This document shows positions 37,894-49,995 of a stretch of DNA of 64,000 nt, in pieces. This DNA comes from Zygnema circumcarinatum SAG 698-1b (Eukaryota; Plantae; Zygnematophyceae), in NCBI GenBank assembly GCA_037447605.1, contig CM074810.1, positions 2,638,880 to 2,702,879 of the forward strand, given 5' to 3'. The first letter of the stretch is position 1, and the number at the start of each line of letters is the position of its first letter. The notes beneath the pieces are model-generated. The model was not told the origin of the DNA and made no database searches. It was given only the letters and a program-made list of their open reading frames with translations. Position numbers and translations under genes: made by a program.

Positions 37894-40800
37894 TTACCGT
37901 CTATCCTTGCAAAATATTTCCATTCTTCTTCATGAGAACCCAACACATGGACGGCAATCCCTCTGCTTCTCTCCACCCCTCTCAGTCGCTCGCTCGCTCG
38001 CTCGCTCTCTCTCTTCCACCTCTCCCTCTACTCTCTTTCATACTCACTTGCCTCTCCCTCTGAACCCTCCTCCCCCTCTCCCTCCTCCGCCTCCCCCTCT
38101 CCCTCCAAACCTCCCTCCACCTCGTCCTCCTCCCCCTCTACCTCCACCTCTCCCGCCGTCTCTCCCTCCCCCTCTCCCTCCACGGAACCCATTCGGACTA
38201 CCTCCTCTCCCCCCTCGGAACCCTCCCGGGCTCCCTCCTCGTCCTCCCCGGAACCCCCCCGGACTATCTCCTCTTCCTCCTCTCCCTCCTCTTCCTCCTC
38301 TATCTCCTCTCCCTCCTCGAAATGCTCCTCTCCCTCCTCGTTCTCCTCCACTTCCTCCTCTCTCCCTCTCCTCCATGAACTTAGCCACCTTTGCAGCCTT
38401 AGCAGGGACAGGTGAAGGCTTGGCTCTCTTTTGTCCGGGCCCTCCAAAGGGTGCATTTGGGGCCAACTCAAGCCCATCCTCATCCTCATCCTCATCGTCG
38501 TCTTCCCCCTCCTCCTCATCCTCATCATCATCATCATCATCATCCAACCCTTCCAGCTGCATATATTGCAAATAAGACCAAAATGAATCAGTTGAAATCA
38601 CCAAAAAGAAGGAAAGATTAAACGTTCCGACAACCCTAACATCGAACAACGCCGAAGAGTGTCCATATTGTAGGAAAGAAACAAGTTAAAGAGGAGAGAG
38701 AGAGCGAGAAAGAGAGAGAGAGAGAGAGAATGCTTTACCTCATCCTCATCTTCATCCTCATCTTCTTCATCATCTCCCTCGGCATCACCGTCTCCTCCCC
38801 ACCCTGGAAGCGCCTTAATAACATCCGATTTCGTCTCCTTTTTCTCCTTTTTGTCCTTTTTCTCTACTTTCTTCTGAACAGTTATTGTTGATTTCGTTTT
38901 CAACTCCTCTTCAACTAAATCATCCTCATCATCCTCCGGCTCAAGTTTAGCCGCCTTTGCAAGAGCTGCCTTTGCCTTTGCGAACCCAAAATCTTTCTGC
39001 TTTGTAACCAACTTTCCATCTGCAAATAGGCCAAAAGTAAGATAAGGGAAAGGGAAATGTTACTTTAACTGAAACCCTGAAACCCTAAACCTCCCAATAC
39101 CCTCTTTCTACATGGAACGTGACATACCTTTCTCATCATCTTCGTCCTCATCCTCCTCATCTTCATCTTCATCCTCGTCCTCATCATCCTCGTCATCGTC
39201 ATCATCATCTTCCATCTGTCTCCGTTGCATTTCCAGCAAATCCAAATCCTCCGGATTTCTGAAGGTCGAACGATTCACGTCAAAAAAAAAACTCTTTCAC
39301 ATTGAAAAAATCTTCACTATCAATTTTTCCATTCAAACTTTTACGCTTTCTCCATCGTACTCTCCCTCCGCCCTCCTTGCCCCCTTCCCCCCACCCCCAC
39401 CCCCCCNNNNNNNNNNCCCCCCCACCCCCCCCTCCTCTCCCCTCCCCCCTTTGATTCCAGAAAGATAAAGAGCCAAAATCAGATAAAATAACAGCGGAAC
39501 AGGATGGAATGGAACAGAACAAAACGGAACAGAACGGAAACGGAACTGAAACGGAAACAGAACGGATACACTCCAAGGGACCACGCCACGGAGGCCACAA
39601 ATCCCGTCACGTGGACGCTAGCGGATCCGTTGTGATGGAACAGAACCTGCACCCGCGCCAGCCTCTCAGAGGCCGCCACGTGTCAAAAGGACAGAGGCTG
39701 TGGCCTGCCACATCATCACCCGGTCAACAGCGGTCAACTTGGTGAATACGATCAAGGCCTTGATCGGCCAATGCAAGTCAAGCAGGTCAACACCAGTCAA
39801 GCAGGTCAACGCAAGTCAAACGGGTCAGTTCAAGTAAACCCCTGCTTTGCTCTGGCTTGAAAAAGAGGACTGTGGGAAAGCTCTGCGAAAAAAATAGCCC
39901 AAGAAAAAACCTAAATGGGCATTTTCGATTATAGATTTTATCTATATGGAATATAAGAAACCCAAAAAGAGAAATTTTGGAGTATACAGTTGGAGGGAAT
40001 TTAAAAATGAAAGCTCACCTGCTCTCCTTCCCCGAATTGCATTTCGAGTGAAAACTGGTCACAGGAACCTGCCCGGAAAGAAAGAAAAATGAAAAAAAAC
40101 GTTCAGAGCTAAGTAACATTTCATCCTTCTACTGAAAAAGGGTTGCAGACGTTGCAGCAACCCCAAATACTTCCATTATAGAAAAAAATCCCCTTGACAA
40201 AGTAAAAATGCATAAGGGGTCACAGAGCTCCTAAAGTAAAAAGCACTCACCCTTCACTAAAGTTCCGATAACTTTCAAATCGCCCTCATCTTCTTCGTCT
40301 TTCTCCTCCTTCTCCTTCTCCTCCTCCTCGTCTTCATCATCATCATCATCGTCATCATCATCAATGTCTCTCACCTGAACCCCACCATCATCATCATCAT
40401 TGAATTAGGGTTTTAGAAAAACCAAAACCTGCGACGCCTTTTGGAATTGAAAAATAAGGGATGAGAAACGTACTCTGCGATGCTGCTCTGCAGAAAACCG
40501 TTGTTAACTTTAACAAGGTTTGACTTTAGTAAGACTTGACTAATGCAGGCTTCCTTCCCCTTACGATGCATACGAGTGGGTCCTCAGATGTCAGTGAATG
40601 CACGAAAAGCGACTTGCATCATTTTCACAAACATTCGAATTGCAGCGATCTATGTGGTTCTGCTTTCCTCAGGATAAATGATCGATATTGGAGGGATATT
40701 ACTTTAGCGAGGGACGGTATTTACCCGAACACTGACGACAACTCGTTCCTTGTCCTTCGCATCCTCTCCAAGCGCCACCTGTCCACGCAACCACCCATCA

Positions 40801-42071
40801 GATGAGAGACACAGAGAGAGAGGGAGGGAGAGAGGAAGAGAGAGAGAGATACAGAGCGAGAGAGAGAGAGGAGGCAGCTACCTGGGCAACTTTCAGGTAG
40901 TGACCCCTCGGCACCGTGAGGCCACCCTCCTCTCCCGTCTCCACCTTCACTCCTGCGAGGGAGGAGGGAAGGGGGTGAGTGCAGGAGAGGAGAGGTGAGG
41001 TGAGGGAGAGGGGAAAGGGGGAGAGGGAAGCGGGGGGGAGGGACGAGAGAAGAGGGAGAGAAAAGATAGAAGAACAGGGAAGAGGGAGGGAAGGAGGGAC
41101 CTGGGGTAGGAGGGAGGGGCATTAGAGAGAAGGAAGAGAGGAAACGGGAGAGGAGACACGGGCGGAGATGCTACGGAGGAGTGACAGAGACAGAAGTAGA
41201 GGGGGAAAAAGGAGGAGGAGAGAGCGGGAGGAGGAGGAGAGAGCGGGAGGAGGTAGAGAGTGGGACGAGGTGGGGAGGACGGAGGAGGGAACGAGGAAAG
41301 AGAGGAAGGAGGCAGAGGACAGAAGGGAGAGAAAGGGAAGAGGGAGGGAGAGAGTGAGGGAGAGAGGCAGGGAGAGGAGGCGCAATCGAGAAAAATGCAG
41401 GAGAAAAAACGACATAAATCCATATTGATGTCATTTTTTTTTTTTGCCATTTTTTTAACTTTGAAACAGTGTGTTACTGGACAGAAAAAAAGAAGACCAA
41501 AAAAATACATTTCACCTTTCTCTGTTAAGAAAAATACGACGAAAAAAAAGGGGGAAATGAATCTTAACATATAAAATAGAACAAAGAAAGCCTTTTTTTT
41601 ACCCTCTTCTCCATCTACACCCCCCTCCCAAACTCACAAAAAAAAACCAAAGATCTTCCTTTTGCAATTTTTTTTTAACCTTTTCCAAAACCTTCACCTG
41701 ATCCACGACAACCCCTGAACCCTAAACCAACCTCAAAAGCAAAGACACCAAACCCTGTTCTATCCCCCCCTTCCCACGCCGCCCGCCATTCAGGGTTCAT
41801 GGCCGCCAGTCAGCCAGTCAGGGTTCATGGCCGCCAGTCAGCCAGTCAATGCTCAGAGCCGCCAGTCAGCCATCCAGAGTTCAGGGCCGCCAATCAGCCA
41901 TCCAGGGTTCAGGGGCTGCCAGTCAGCCATTCAGGGTTCATGGCCGCCAGTCAGCCAGTCAGGGTTCATGGCCGCCAGTCAGCCAGTCAATGTTCAGAGC
42001 CGCCAGTCAGCCACCCAGGGTTCAGGGCCTCCAGGGTTTAAGCGCTCACCCCAGAAGACGGGTCCCACCAT
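37894..42071 (-). CDS. Nucleoplasmin-like (HD2/FKBP53-type NPL) domain protein with acidic tracts and C-terminal RGG/GAR region
   Basis: Exons 42071-42050 (MVGPVFWG), 40952-40882 (VKVETG...LKVAQ), 40778-40725 (VALGE), 40374-40251 (acidic + LKVIGTL), 40068-40019 (DQFSLEMQF), 39646-~39570 (HNGSASVHVTGF), ~39258-39128, ~39019-38738, ~38557-38048 (FRGGRGG repeats). Terminal exon ~37900-37894 is tentative. Confidence 0.8.
41780..42040. repeat. ~28-bp tandem repeat (CAGGGTTCATGGCCGCCAGTCAGCCAGT) in intron 1 of the NPL gene
   Basis: Direct reading, about nine degenerate units. Confidence 0.8.
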
Positions 42072-42831
42072 GGCGCCGAAGGAGAGAGGCGCCGCCGAAA
42101 AAAGAGAGGAGAAGGGAAACGGTAACAAGGCGCCGCTTTTTGGGACCGCCAAAAAGTTTAAACCCTGGGGGGGGGAGGGGAGGGGGGGGGAGCCTACTCC
42201 TAGCTGCCGTACAGATACTGTAGGCCGTAGGCTCGTACCGTACAAAAACTAGATTGTACTTTACCGTACAACTAATTAGGGTTACAGTACAGTACAGTAC
42301 TGTACTGTACAGTATGTCCGTGCAGAGGACTGGACAGGGACCGTACGGCTCCATGAGGTTTGTCGTACAGTACTGTATAGCGAGGGGATTTTTAGGGACC
42401 GTTGGAGACGGGCAGGGTTTACATATGTGCTAAAGCAGTTTGTCGCCGTTTAACTGGCAAACTCAAACTAGTCACATAGAGCGTGGATCACATGTGATAG
42501 GAACGTTGATCCAGGTCAATACGATACAGTTCTGTATGGTATGATGTATGATATACCCTGATACATCCGATACATCTCGATGCAGTACGATATCGTTCGA
42601 TAACATTCCGATGCAGTACGGTATGTTCGGATATATTCCAATACAGTATGCTATGGCCAAATATATACCGATATAGTACGATATGGTCGATACATCCGTG
42701 TACCATGTTGGAGGCATGCCTGATGAATGAAATGTAGAACCGTCAAAATTTTCAAGAAATTTTTTTTCTACTTTTTTTAGACGCATGATGCATGAAACGT
42801 AGAATCGTCAAAATTTTCATGAAAAGCTTAG

Positions 42832-43502
42832 AGCCAGTGCAGGTTTTAAGGGAGGCGAAAATTTTACGAAAGAGTGTAGAGTAAGGGAGATACGAATAAC
42901 GATAAGCAAAATTAGGTCGAGATTAGGGTTTAAAGAAGAATAGCTTCCATCGAAGCTCTTTCAAGGTTACACCTTTGTTCATTTTCGCACACCAAGGAAT
43001 GTTACGTATAAAGTAAACAGAAGATGATCATTGGGAGGGATCCTAAACACGTAGACCTTGTTTTAAAAAGTGTCAAAAATCGCAGTGCAGTTTTGAACAT
43101 GGCTTTAATAACGAGTGTGCCATTCAAAATTTAAAGAGACAATTTTGTGCGATCGTTTATTTGAATGGAGTTCTGCACAAAATTGTCTCTCTAAATTTTG
43201 AATGACACACTCGTTATTGGAGCCACATTCAAGACTGCACTATTTCTTGAAAATCTTCCTATTTTTGACATTTTTTAAAACAAGGTTTGCGTATTTTGGA
43301 TCCTTCCTAATAATCATCTTTTGTTTACTCCATGTGTACCAATCTTGTGCGAAAGTGGGCAAAGGTGTAGCCTTGAAAGGGCTTCGACGGAGGCTATCCT
43401 TCCCGAAACCCTAATTTCGACTTAATTTTGCTTACCACTATTTGTATCTCCCTTACTCTATACTCTTTCGTAAAATCGCCTCCCTTGAAACCTGCATTGG
43501 TT
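42832..43502. repeat. Inverted duplication (hairpin) of the FHA-exon region; candidate hairpin-RNA locus
   Basis: Arms 42832-43150 and 43175-43502, 24-nt loop; both arms homologous to 47881-48213; ATG->ATA in both arms. Confidence 0.88.
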
Positions 43503-43691
43503 GTAGTTCCTCCTATGCGCAAGGGAAGCAAGACCTGTTCGACGAAAGAGAAGGAAATGGTATTGAATTCCACAACGCCTTGAAGTCGAAATAGCAGAGT
43601 TGGAAAGATACCCTTAGATATCCTTGAGCAGCTAGAATGAATGATCTTTTAGGGTTTTTAGGGTTCTAGATCTGCTTTGAATTTGTTTCAG

Positions 43692-44735
43692 AGGACGATG
43701 AAGACGACAACGATCAAGAGCAAAGAAGGGTTGGATGAAGACGATGAACATGATGAAGGTGATGACGATGCGCAAGAGGTTGAAAAGGCTGAGGATGAGG
43801 AGGTTGAAGAAGATGTAGACCGTGAGGATTCAATAGATGTGCCTGAGACTGATTTTGGAACGGGAGAGGCTGGAAACTGGGAGGAGGAAGATGACGCACC
43901 GGGAGAAGAAGCGTACGACAGGGAAGATGTTGATGAACCTGATAATTTGGAGATAGGTGCAAACATCTGTGGGGGAATGGGAAGTGATGACAATGAGTAC
44001 CAAGAGGATGATCTCGGTGAAAGCCCAGATGACCATCATGATGGAGAACATGAAGCTAACAGAGTTGTAGGGTTTCCTAAGGATGTACATGAATCAGTTA
44101 GTTTTAGTTTTACAGATGAAGAGCCGGAGGTTGAGGGTGGGGAGGAATTGGGATTGAGTGGGGAAGAAGGGGACTGGAGAGAGCACACAGATTGGATGGA
44201 GATAGTCGAGGACGAGTATGAACGGGGGACTCAGGATGGCGATTGTTCTGGAGAAGGTAAGCAGAGTGATTTCTTGGGACAAGGGGCCATGGACGATTTT
44301 GATGGCGGTGTAGACTACAACAACCTAAAAGGAGCTGGAGGGGGTCCTGATGTGGATAGTTCCAATGAAATTTTGGACGGGGACCGAGGATTGTCTCCTT
44401 CTCACGAAGCTGATGTTTATGAGTATGAAGATGACGAAGGTAGCTATAACGATGGACAAGGCGATAGACCTGGAAAAGGAGAAGACAGCGATGAAGATGA
44501 CGAAAAAGATGCGAATGACGATGAAATTTTTGGAGACGATGACTTTGACGACGATGGAAGGGACTTTGATGGAGATTTTGAGAGTACAGATGATGGGAAT
44601 GGAGAAGAGGATATCAGAGACGATGGGGATGATGATGGCGGAGATGGAGACGACGGTGGGGATAAAGAATACGATGGGGAGGGTGATGGTGGGAATGTCG
44701 ATAGCGATGGAATCGATGATGACAGTGATTTGTAA
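43692..44735 (+). CDS. Asp/Glu/Gly-rich acidic exon (open frame), orphaned paralog of 49996-50888
   Basis: 352-aa ORF starting just behind an acceptor tttcag|; no recognisable domain. Confidence 0.5.
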   Translation, partial: RTMKTTTIKSKEGLDEDDEHDEGDDDAQEVEKAEDEEVEEDVDREDSIDVPETDFGTGEAGNWEEEDDAPGEEAYDREDVDEPDNLEIGANICGGMGSDDNEYQEDDLGESPDDHHDGEHEANRVVGFPKDVHESVSFSFTDEEPEVEGGEELGLSGEEGDWREHTDWMEIVEDEYERGTQDGDCSGEGKQSDFLGQGAMDDFDGGVDYNNLKGAGGGPDVDSSNEILDGDRGLSPSHEADVYEYEDDEGSYNDGQGDRPGKGEDSDEDDEKDANDDEIFGDDDFDDDGRDFDGDFESTDDGNGEEDIRDDGDDDGGDGDDGGDKEYDGEGDGGNVDSDGIDDDSDL

Positions 44736-45551
44736 CTGCCCTGCAAAGGACCTCTTGTACTGATTGCTCTCGTGCCTTATGTGAATAGTCGTCCATGCTC
44801 TCTTTGCTGGTAGTAGACCGAGCCAGTCGTTTTGGCATCGTATGAAGCCAAGCTGTCAGATAATGTTCAACACTTGTGTTTGTCTTTGTGGCAACATGTT
44901 TGTCTCCAACGTGTTGGACTTGAAAAAAAAAAAAAAAAGGGGACGGACAGAAATTGACTGCCCGTTCCGAGCTGGAATACAGTTCTTCAACCTCGGCAGC
45001 GCGAGGTTTTGCAGCTTCTTCCTTCCAAACTTTGTGCGCACCTGCCTCAAGGGAGGCAGCATTAGTAGATCTAACCGTTCAGAGATAAAATACAAAGAAT
45101 TATTATAGGGTACAGGGTATATAGGGTATAGGATATAGGGTATAGGGTTTTTAGGGTTTTAAGGTACATACAGTTCAGTTACGATGCATTTGTCTACGTT
45201 CCCTGGAAATTGGGAGTCACGAAAGATGCAAATAAATGGGGTTCGAGGAGTCCCTGGTTTGACACGAACCTGAAGAAAAACAAACCTAAAATTCAAGGAT
45301 TAGGATTCACAAGTAAAAATCTTTGGGCTTCAAACTTAAAATTTCACATACTTCGGATCTAGGCGAAGCGCGTTCAGAGTTCAGGGTTCAAGGGTCAGGG
45401 TTTAGGGTTCAGGATTCATAAAGTGCACATTCTGCTTCCATCAATTTCTAAGGGCTGGAAATTATCGGATTCTGCAGTGACTTAAGCTCAAATCTAAATC
45501 GTGGAATTTTGGAGTTTTAGTCTTAGTTTTATCCCTTACCTCGTAAAGCTC

Positions 45552-45780
45552 TCAGCTGCAGAGCGCATCCCTCCATCGCCGATTCACGGCCCGCCCCACA
45601 AAGCGCTCCCTGAACCCTAATTCTGCACCGATCTGCAGCCTCACTTCATCCGGCAACTGCGGAAACAGAGAAATTGCATCCTCGGTTGAATGAAATGCAG
45701 CTTTGAAGGACCTTTCATCGCGACGGGCTGCACTACTTTCTGAGGCTCCTGAACCCTGCGGGTCTGCCACGGCGAGGGGG
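45552..45780 (-). pseudogene. F-box gene remnant
   Basis: SLFPQLPDEVRLQIGAELGFRERFVGRAVNRRWRDAL followed by a stop. Confidence 0.6.
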
Positions 45781-46143
45781 GAGACCCTGAACCCTAATCC
45801 TCCCCTCCTCTGCAGAGTCTGCGCTGCGCCTTCCAGAGGCTTCCCCTCTGCTGGCACGAGGGCAGGCCACGTGGCAGTGTGCGAGGTCCCTGATTGACTG
45901 GATGCTGGCAGAGAGACAAAATATTTCCAAACGGCCATTTTAAGATAAAGCAATCAATACCGTGGGGGGGAATCTGAATCAGCGTAATTTGGCATACATA
46001 AGCCTAATTTTTTTTAAGAGAGGAGATATGTCATGAAAATTAGGGTTTTCTTTGGCCTAGTTTTGTGCGGAATTCCGTCACAGTTACCGTTCGCAGTTAC
46101 GCCCCACACATAGAACCCGCCTCGTTCCCGGAACACCGCACAG

Positions 46144-47008
46144 ATGGCGGACTTTGGTGAGGGTTCAGGGTTTAGGGTTTAGGGTTCAGGGTTGAGGGTT
46201 TAGAGTTAAGTGTTCAGGGCTCAGGATTGGGTTCAGAGTTTAGGGTTTAGGGTTCAGGGCTCAGGGTTGAGGGTTTAAGGTTTAAGGTTTAGGGTTCAGG
46301 GCTCAGGGTTGAGGGTTTAAAGTTTAGGGTTCAGGGCTCAGGGCTCACGGTTTAGAGTTTAGGGGCTCGGGGCTCAGGGCTCAGAGTTCAGGGTTCAGGG
46401 TTTAGGGTTTAGGGCTCTGGGTTGAGGGTTCAGAGTTTAGGGCTCGGGGTTTAGGGTTTAAGATTTGGGGTTCAGGGCTCACGGTTTAGGGTTCAGGGTT
46501 CAGAATTTAGGATTTAGGGTTTAGGGCTCAGGGTTGAGGGTTTAAATTTTAAGGTTCAGGGCTCAGGGCTCAGGGTTCAGGGCTCAGGGTTCAGAGTTTA
46601 GGGTTTAGGGTTCAGAGTTCAGAGTTTAGGAATTAGGGTTCAGGGCGGAGCCTGCAAGGGTAGACGGTTGTGTTTAGGGTCAGGATTTGGTGACTTTACG
46701 ACTTGAGGGTTCAGGGAGCAGAGAGGGATTTGTTGTTTTAAGGGGCTTAGAAAATTAGGTTTTTACGTTTCCTTCAACTTTTTGAACCGTTTTTGTTTAA
46801 AAGTGACGACTCCTGCAAGTCCGCGTGTTCTGGTCATTGAATTAATGCTTTTGAATGCTTTATTTTCCACCCTGCCCGGCAGGCTACGGGCGCGTGCCCG
46901 AGGAGGAAAAATCGAAACTTATCGAAATGTTTTCCGGAACGTTGCAGAAAAGTACGATCTCATGAACGATGTGATGAGCGCGGGAATGCACCGCCTCTGG
47001 TAGGACAG
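46144..47008 (+). pseudogene. COQ5: Truncated COQ5 copy (end of exon 1 plus exon 2)
   Basis: MADFG|gt and [17 protein letters not shown]; 1-nt deletion and AAG->TAG relative to 53614-53740; transit-peptide region deleted. Confidence 0.82.
46160..46720 (+). repeat. Degenerate telomere-like (TTTAGGG/TTCAGGG/CTCAGGG) intronic array
   Basis: Heptamer periodicity by direct reading. Confidence 0.85.
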
Positions 47009-47986
47009 GTCTCTCTCTCTCTCCCTGTCTCTCTCGCTCTCCCTGTCCCTCTCTCTCTCCCTGTCTCTTAACCCTAATAAACCCTAAAAATTCTAAAAAC
47101 CCTGAAAACCAGATCGAGTTAGGGTTCGGTTCGTACAACGGAATGGACAAGTGACCGTACGATTTCGTAAGGTTTGTCGTGTAGCATGGGGATCTTTAGG
47201 GACCGTTGGAGACGGGCACGGTTTACATGTGAGCTAGCGCAGTTTGTCGCCGTTTAACTGGGAAACTGTAACTAGTCACAAATAGCGTGGATCACATGAT
47301 AGAAACGTTGATCCTGGTCAACACGATACAGTACGGTAATCATTCATATTCCCATACAGTACGATGTGGTCAGATATATCCGGTACCGTACGGTATGGTC
47401 GAATATATCCCGATACCGTACGGTAAGGTCAGACATGATCCCTATACAGTACGATATGGTCAAATATATCTCGATACAAAAGGATATATTCGATACATCC
47501 GATACAGCCGTATACCTCTCTCTTCTGGGCTCTGTTGCAGTGCTGGCGCTGGCGCTGAGCGACAGGGCCGGGCAGCCGGCGGGCATGCAGGAGGCATGCA
47601 TGATGCATAAAACGAGAAACGTCAAAAATTTCAGGAAATTCTTTTTTTTTTTTTCTTCTTTTAGATGCATGATGCATGAAACGTAGAACCGTCAGAATTT
47701 TCAAGATTTTTTTTTTTTTTCTTTTTTTAGATGCATGATGCCTGCATGACTCAAGGCGCATGTACGGTGTTCGGCGTGGGTTGCTCTTGGACGAGGCGTG
47801 GCTGCGCCATGGCAACCTTCAAACGTGAATACAGGGATGCCGGACAGGGTTGGCTTTCGTTGGTTCATAGGAGGAACTCCAGCCAGTGCAGGTTTAAAGG
47901 GAGGCGATTTTACGACAAGAGTTTAGAGTAAGGGAGATACGAATAACGGTAATCAAAATCGGGTCGAAATTAGGGTTTCGGGAAGA

Positions 47987-49973
47987 ATGGCCTCCATCGA
48001 AGCCCTTCCAAGTCTACAACTTCGCTCACTTTCGCACACTCAGGAATGTCATGCATGGTGTAAACAGAAAATGATCATTGGGAGGGATCCAAAACACGCA
48101 GACCTTGTCATAAAAAGTGTCAAAAAGAGGGGAATTTCTAGGAAGCAGTGCAGTCTTGAACGCGTTTCCAATAACGAGTGTGTGATTCAAAATTTAGGGA
48201 GACAGTCTTGTGCGGTCGTTTACCTGAATGGAGTCATCGTGCCGGCTTTGTGCTCGATGAGTTTTCGCATTGGAATCTCAATACAAGTGGGAGAATATCA
48301 GTTTCGCGTGGAGGAATGTTGCTGTAAAGATGTAAGTACCTCACTCATTCTTATATCTACAAGCTCCATCTTTTTAAGTTGTAATCAGCTGGAATTAGGA
48401 ACTTCAGAAGTCATTTTCAATATGTGTAAAAAAAAATTGTGCGTTGCAAGTTGGAAAAACGAAGGCTCAAAGGCTTAAAATAGTTAGTTCTTAAAAATAG
48501 ATAAAGGAAAGAAGGAGGAGGGGCTGGTGCAGATGGAGGAGGGGAGAGGGAAGGAGAGAAAAGGGGAAAAGGGGGGGAAGCTAGAGAGGAGCAGAGGGGA
48601 GAGGGGAAAGAGGGAGGAGAAGAAAGAGGAGATAGGAAAGGAGAATGATATAGTGGAAGCGAAGGAAGGAGAGGAGGAGGAGGAGGAGGAGGAGGAGGAG
48701 GAGGAGGAGAGAGTACAAGTGGTTGGGCCCGTTGTAAGAAAGGCAGGAACAGGAAAGCGGGCTCGATGTTATTATGAATCAGGCGAACCAAATGTTCGCA
48801 AAGGTGCCCGTTTTTTGGACGACAGGGTCAGCAGTAGACGGGAAACAGCCGAGGGGAAGCAGGCAGAATTGGATACCAACATCGAAGTGATAGCTAAATG
48901 TGGAATATGTCTAGAGGAACATACTGGGCATGTAATGTTCCGTATTTTGGGCTGCTCTCACCAATTTTGTTGGCCATGCATGAGGACGTATTCAGAAGTT
49001 GAAATCAAAACACGTCAGTTGCAAATTTCTTGCCCCGTTGTAGAATGTGATACAGCTCTCTCAATTGATGAATGTCGGCAGCTGCTTTCTCCCAGCTCGT
49101 ACGATGCCCTTCTGCAGCAGCAGGCAGAACCCTCCATTGCTGAAAGCGAGAAAATATATTGTCCCTTTAGTGACTGCTCAGCGTTGATAGTCAGAAACCC
49201 TCCTTCTAGTTACATGGCAGCAAACTCTTCTCAAACATCTGCAAGAAACTGTTGGACTATCAACAGAGGCAGAGTGTATGGAATGTCACAGACTCTTTTG
49301 TGTTGAATGTCGCGTCCCTTGGCACGTAGGAATGAATTGCGAGGAGTATGCTGCTCTTCTAGCAGACATAAGCAATACAGAAGATGACCAGCTCTATCAG
49401 CTCGCACAAGATAAAAAATGGAAGCAATGTGCAAAATGTCTGCAGATGATAGAGCATGCTGGCGGCTGCTATCACATGACTTGCAGGTGAGTAATTAACA
49501 GCAAGTTTGAATTTGTTCCAATATCACCAGCTATGGGTTTAAAACTCCGCTTCTACAAATTCACATGTAATGCATGTGTGCATCGACCTTCATTTTTTAT
49601 TTTATGTCAAGTCAGGTTGACTCGCATATCCTTGGTAGAAAGGGAGCAGCGGCAGCCATTAGGCATGAGCGCCGGGGTTTTGGGTTTTAGAGTATTTTCA
49701 GGTTATGTGAGCTGCAGAAAAGTTCGGTGTTGCATTCAAATTTTGAGAATCAAATGGATTGAATGTTTCGAAATTCGCTCTCTGCGCAGGTGTGGGCATG
49801 AATTCTGCTACGTATGTGCGGCTCCTTGGCAGAACAAACTCCCCACATGCAGTTGCCGGCTTTGGGGTATTGATTTCCTTTTCCGATTTGCAAATGAAGC
49901 CTGTGAAATGATTCCAGAAGGCCTTGAAGAAGAAATAGAAGAGTTGGAAGATGCCTTTGAGCTGCGAGAATGA
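47987..49973 (+). CDS. FHA + RING1-IBR-RING2 (RBR) E3 ligase gene, with an apparent frameshift inside the IBR
   Basis: Exon 47987-48331 FHA (IIGRD, ISRKQC, IQNLG, YLNG); exon ~48533-49487 RING1 (CGIC...CSHQFCWPC...CPVVEC), IBR (CPFSDC / CMECHRLFCVECRVPWH, frame change ~49200-49270), RING2 start (CAKC...GGCYHMTCR); exon 49790-49973 (CGHEFCYVC). Confidence 0.78.
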
Positions 49974-49995
49974 TCTGCTTTGAATTTATTTCCAG

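Larger units (their letters stand above)
42355..47060 (+). repeat. Segmental tandem duplication copy A (copy B ~47165-53750)
   Basis: Collinear homologous blocks: GGGACCGTTGGAGACGGGCA (42394/47199), FHA exon, acidic exon, F-box remnant, telomere-like intron and COQ5 exon 2. Confidence 0.88.

Noticed and set aside
46160-46720. Chromosome end or true telomere
   Set aside because: The arrays are degenerate, internal and confined to introns.
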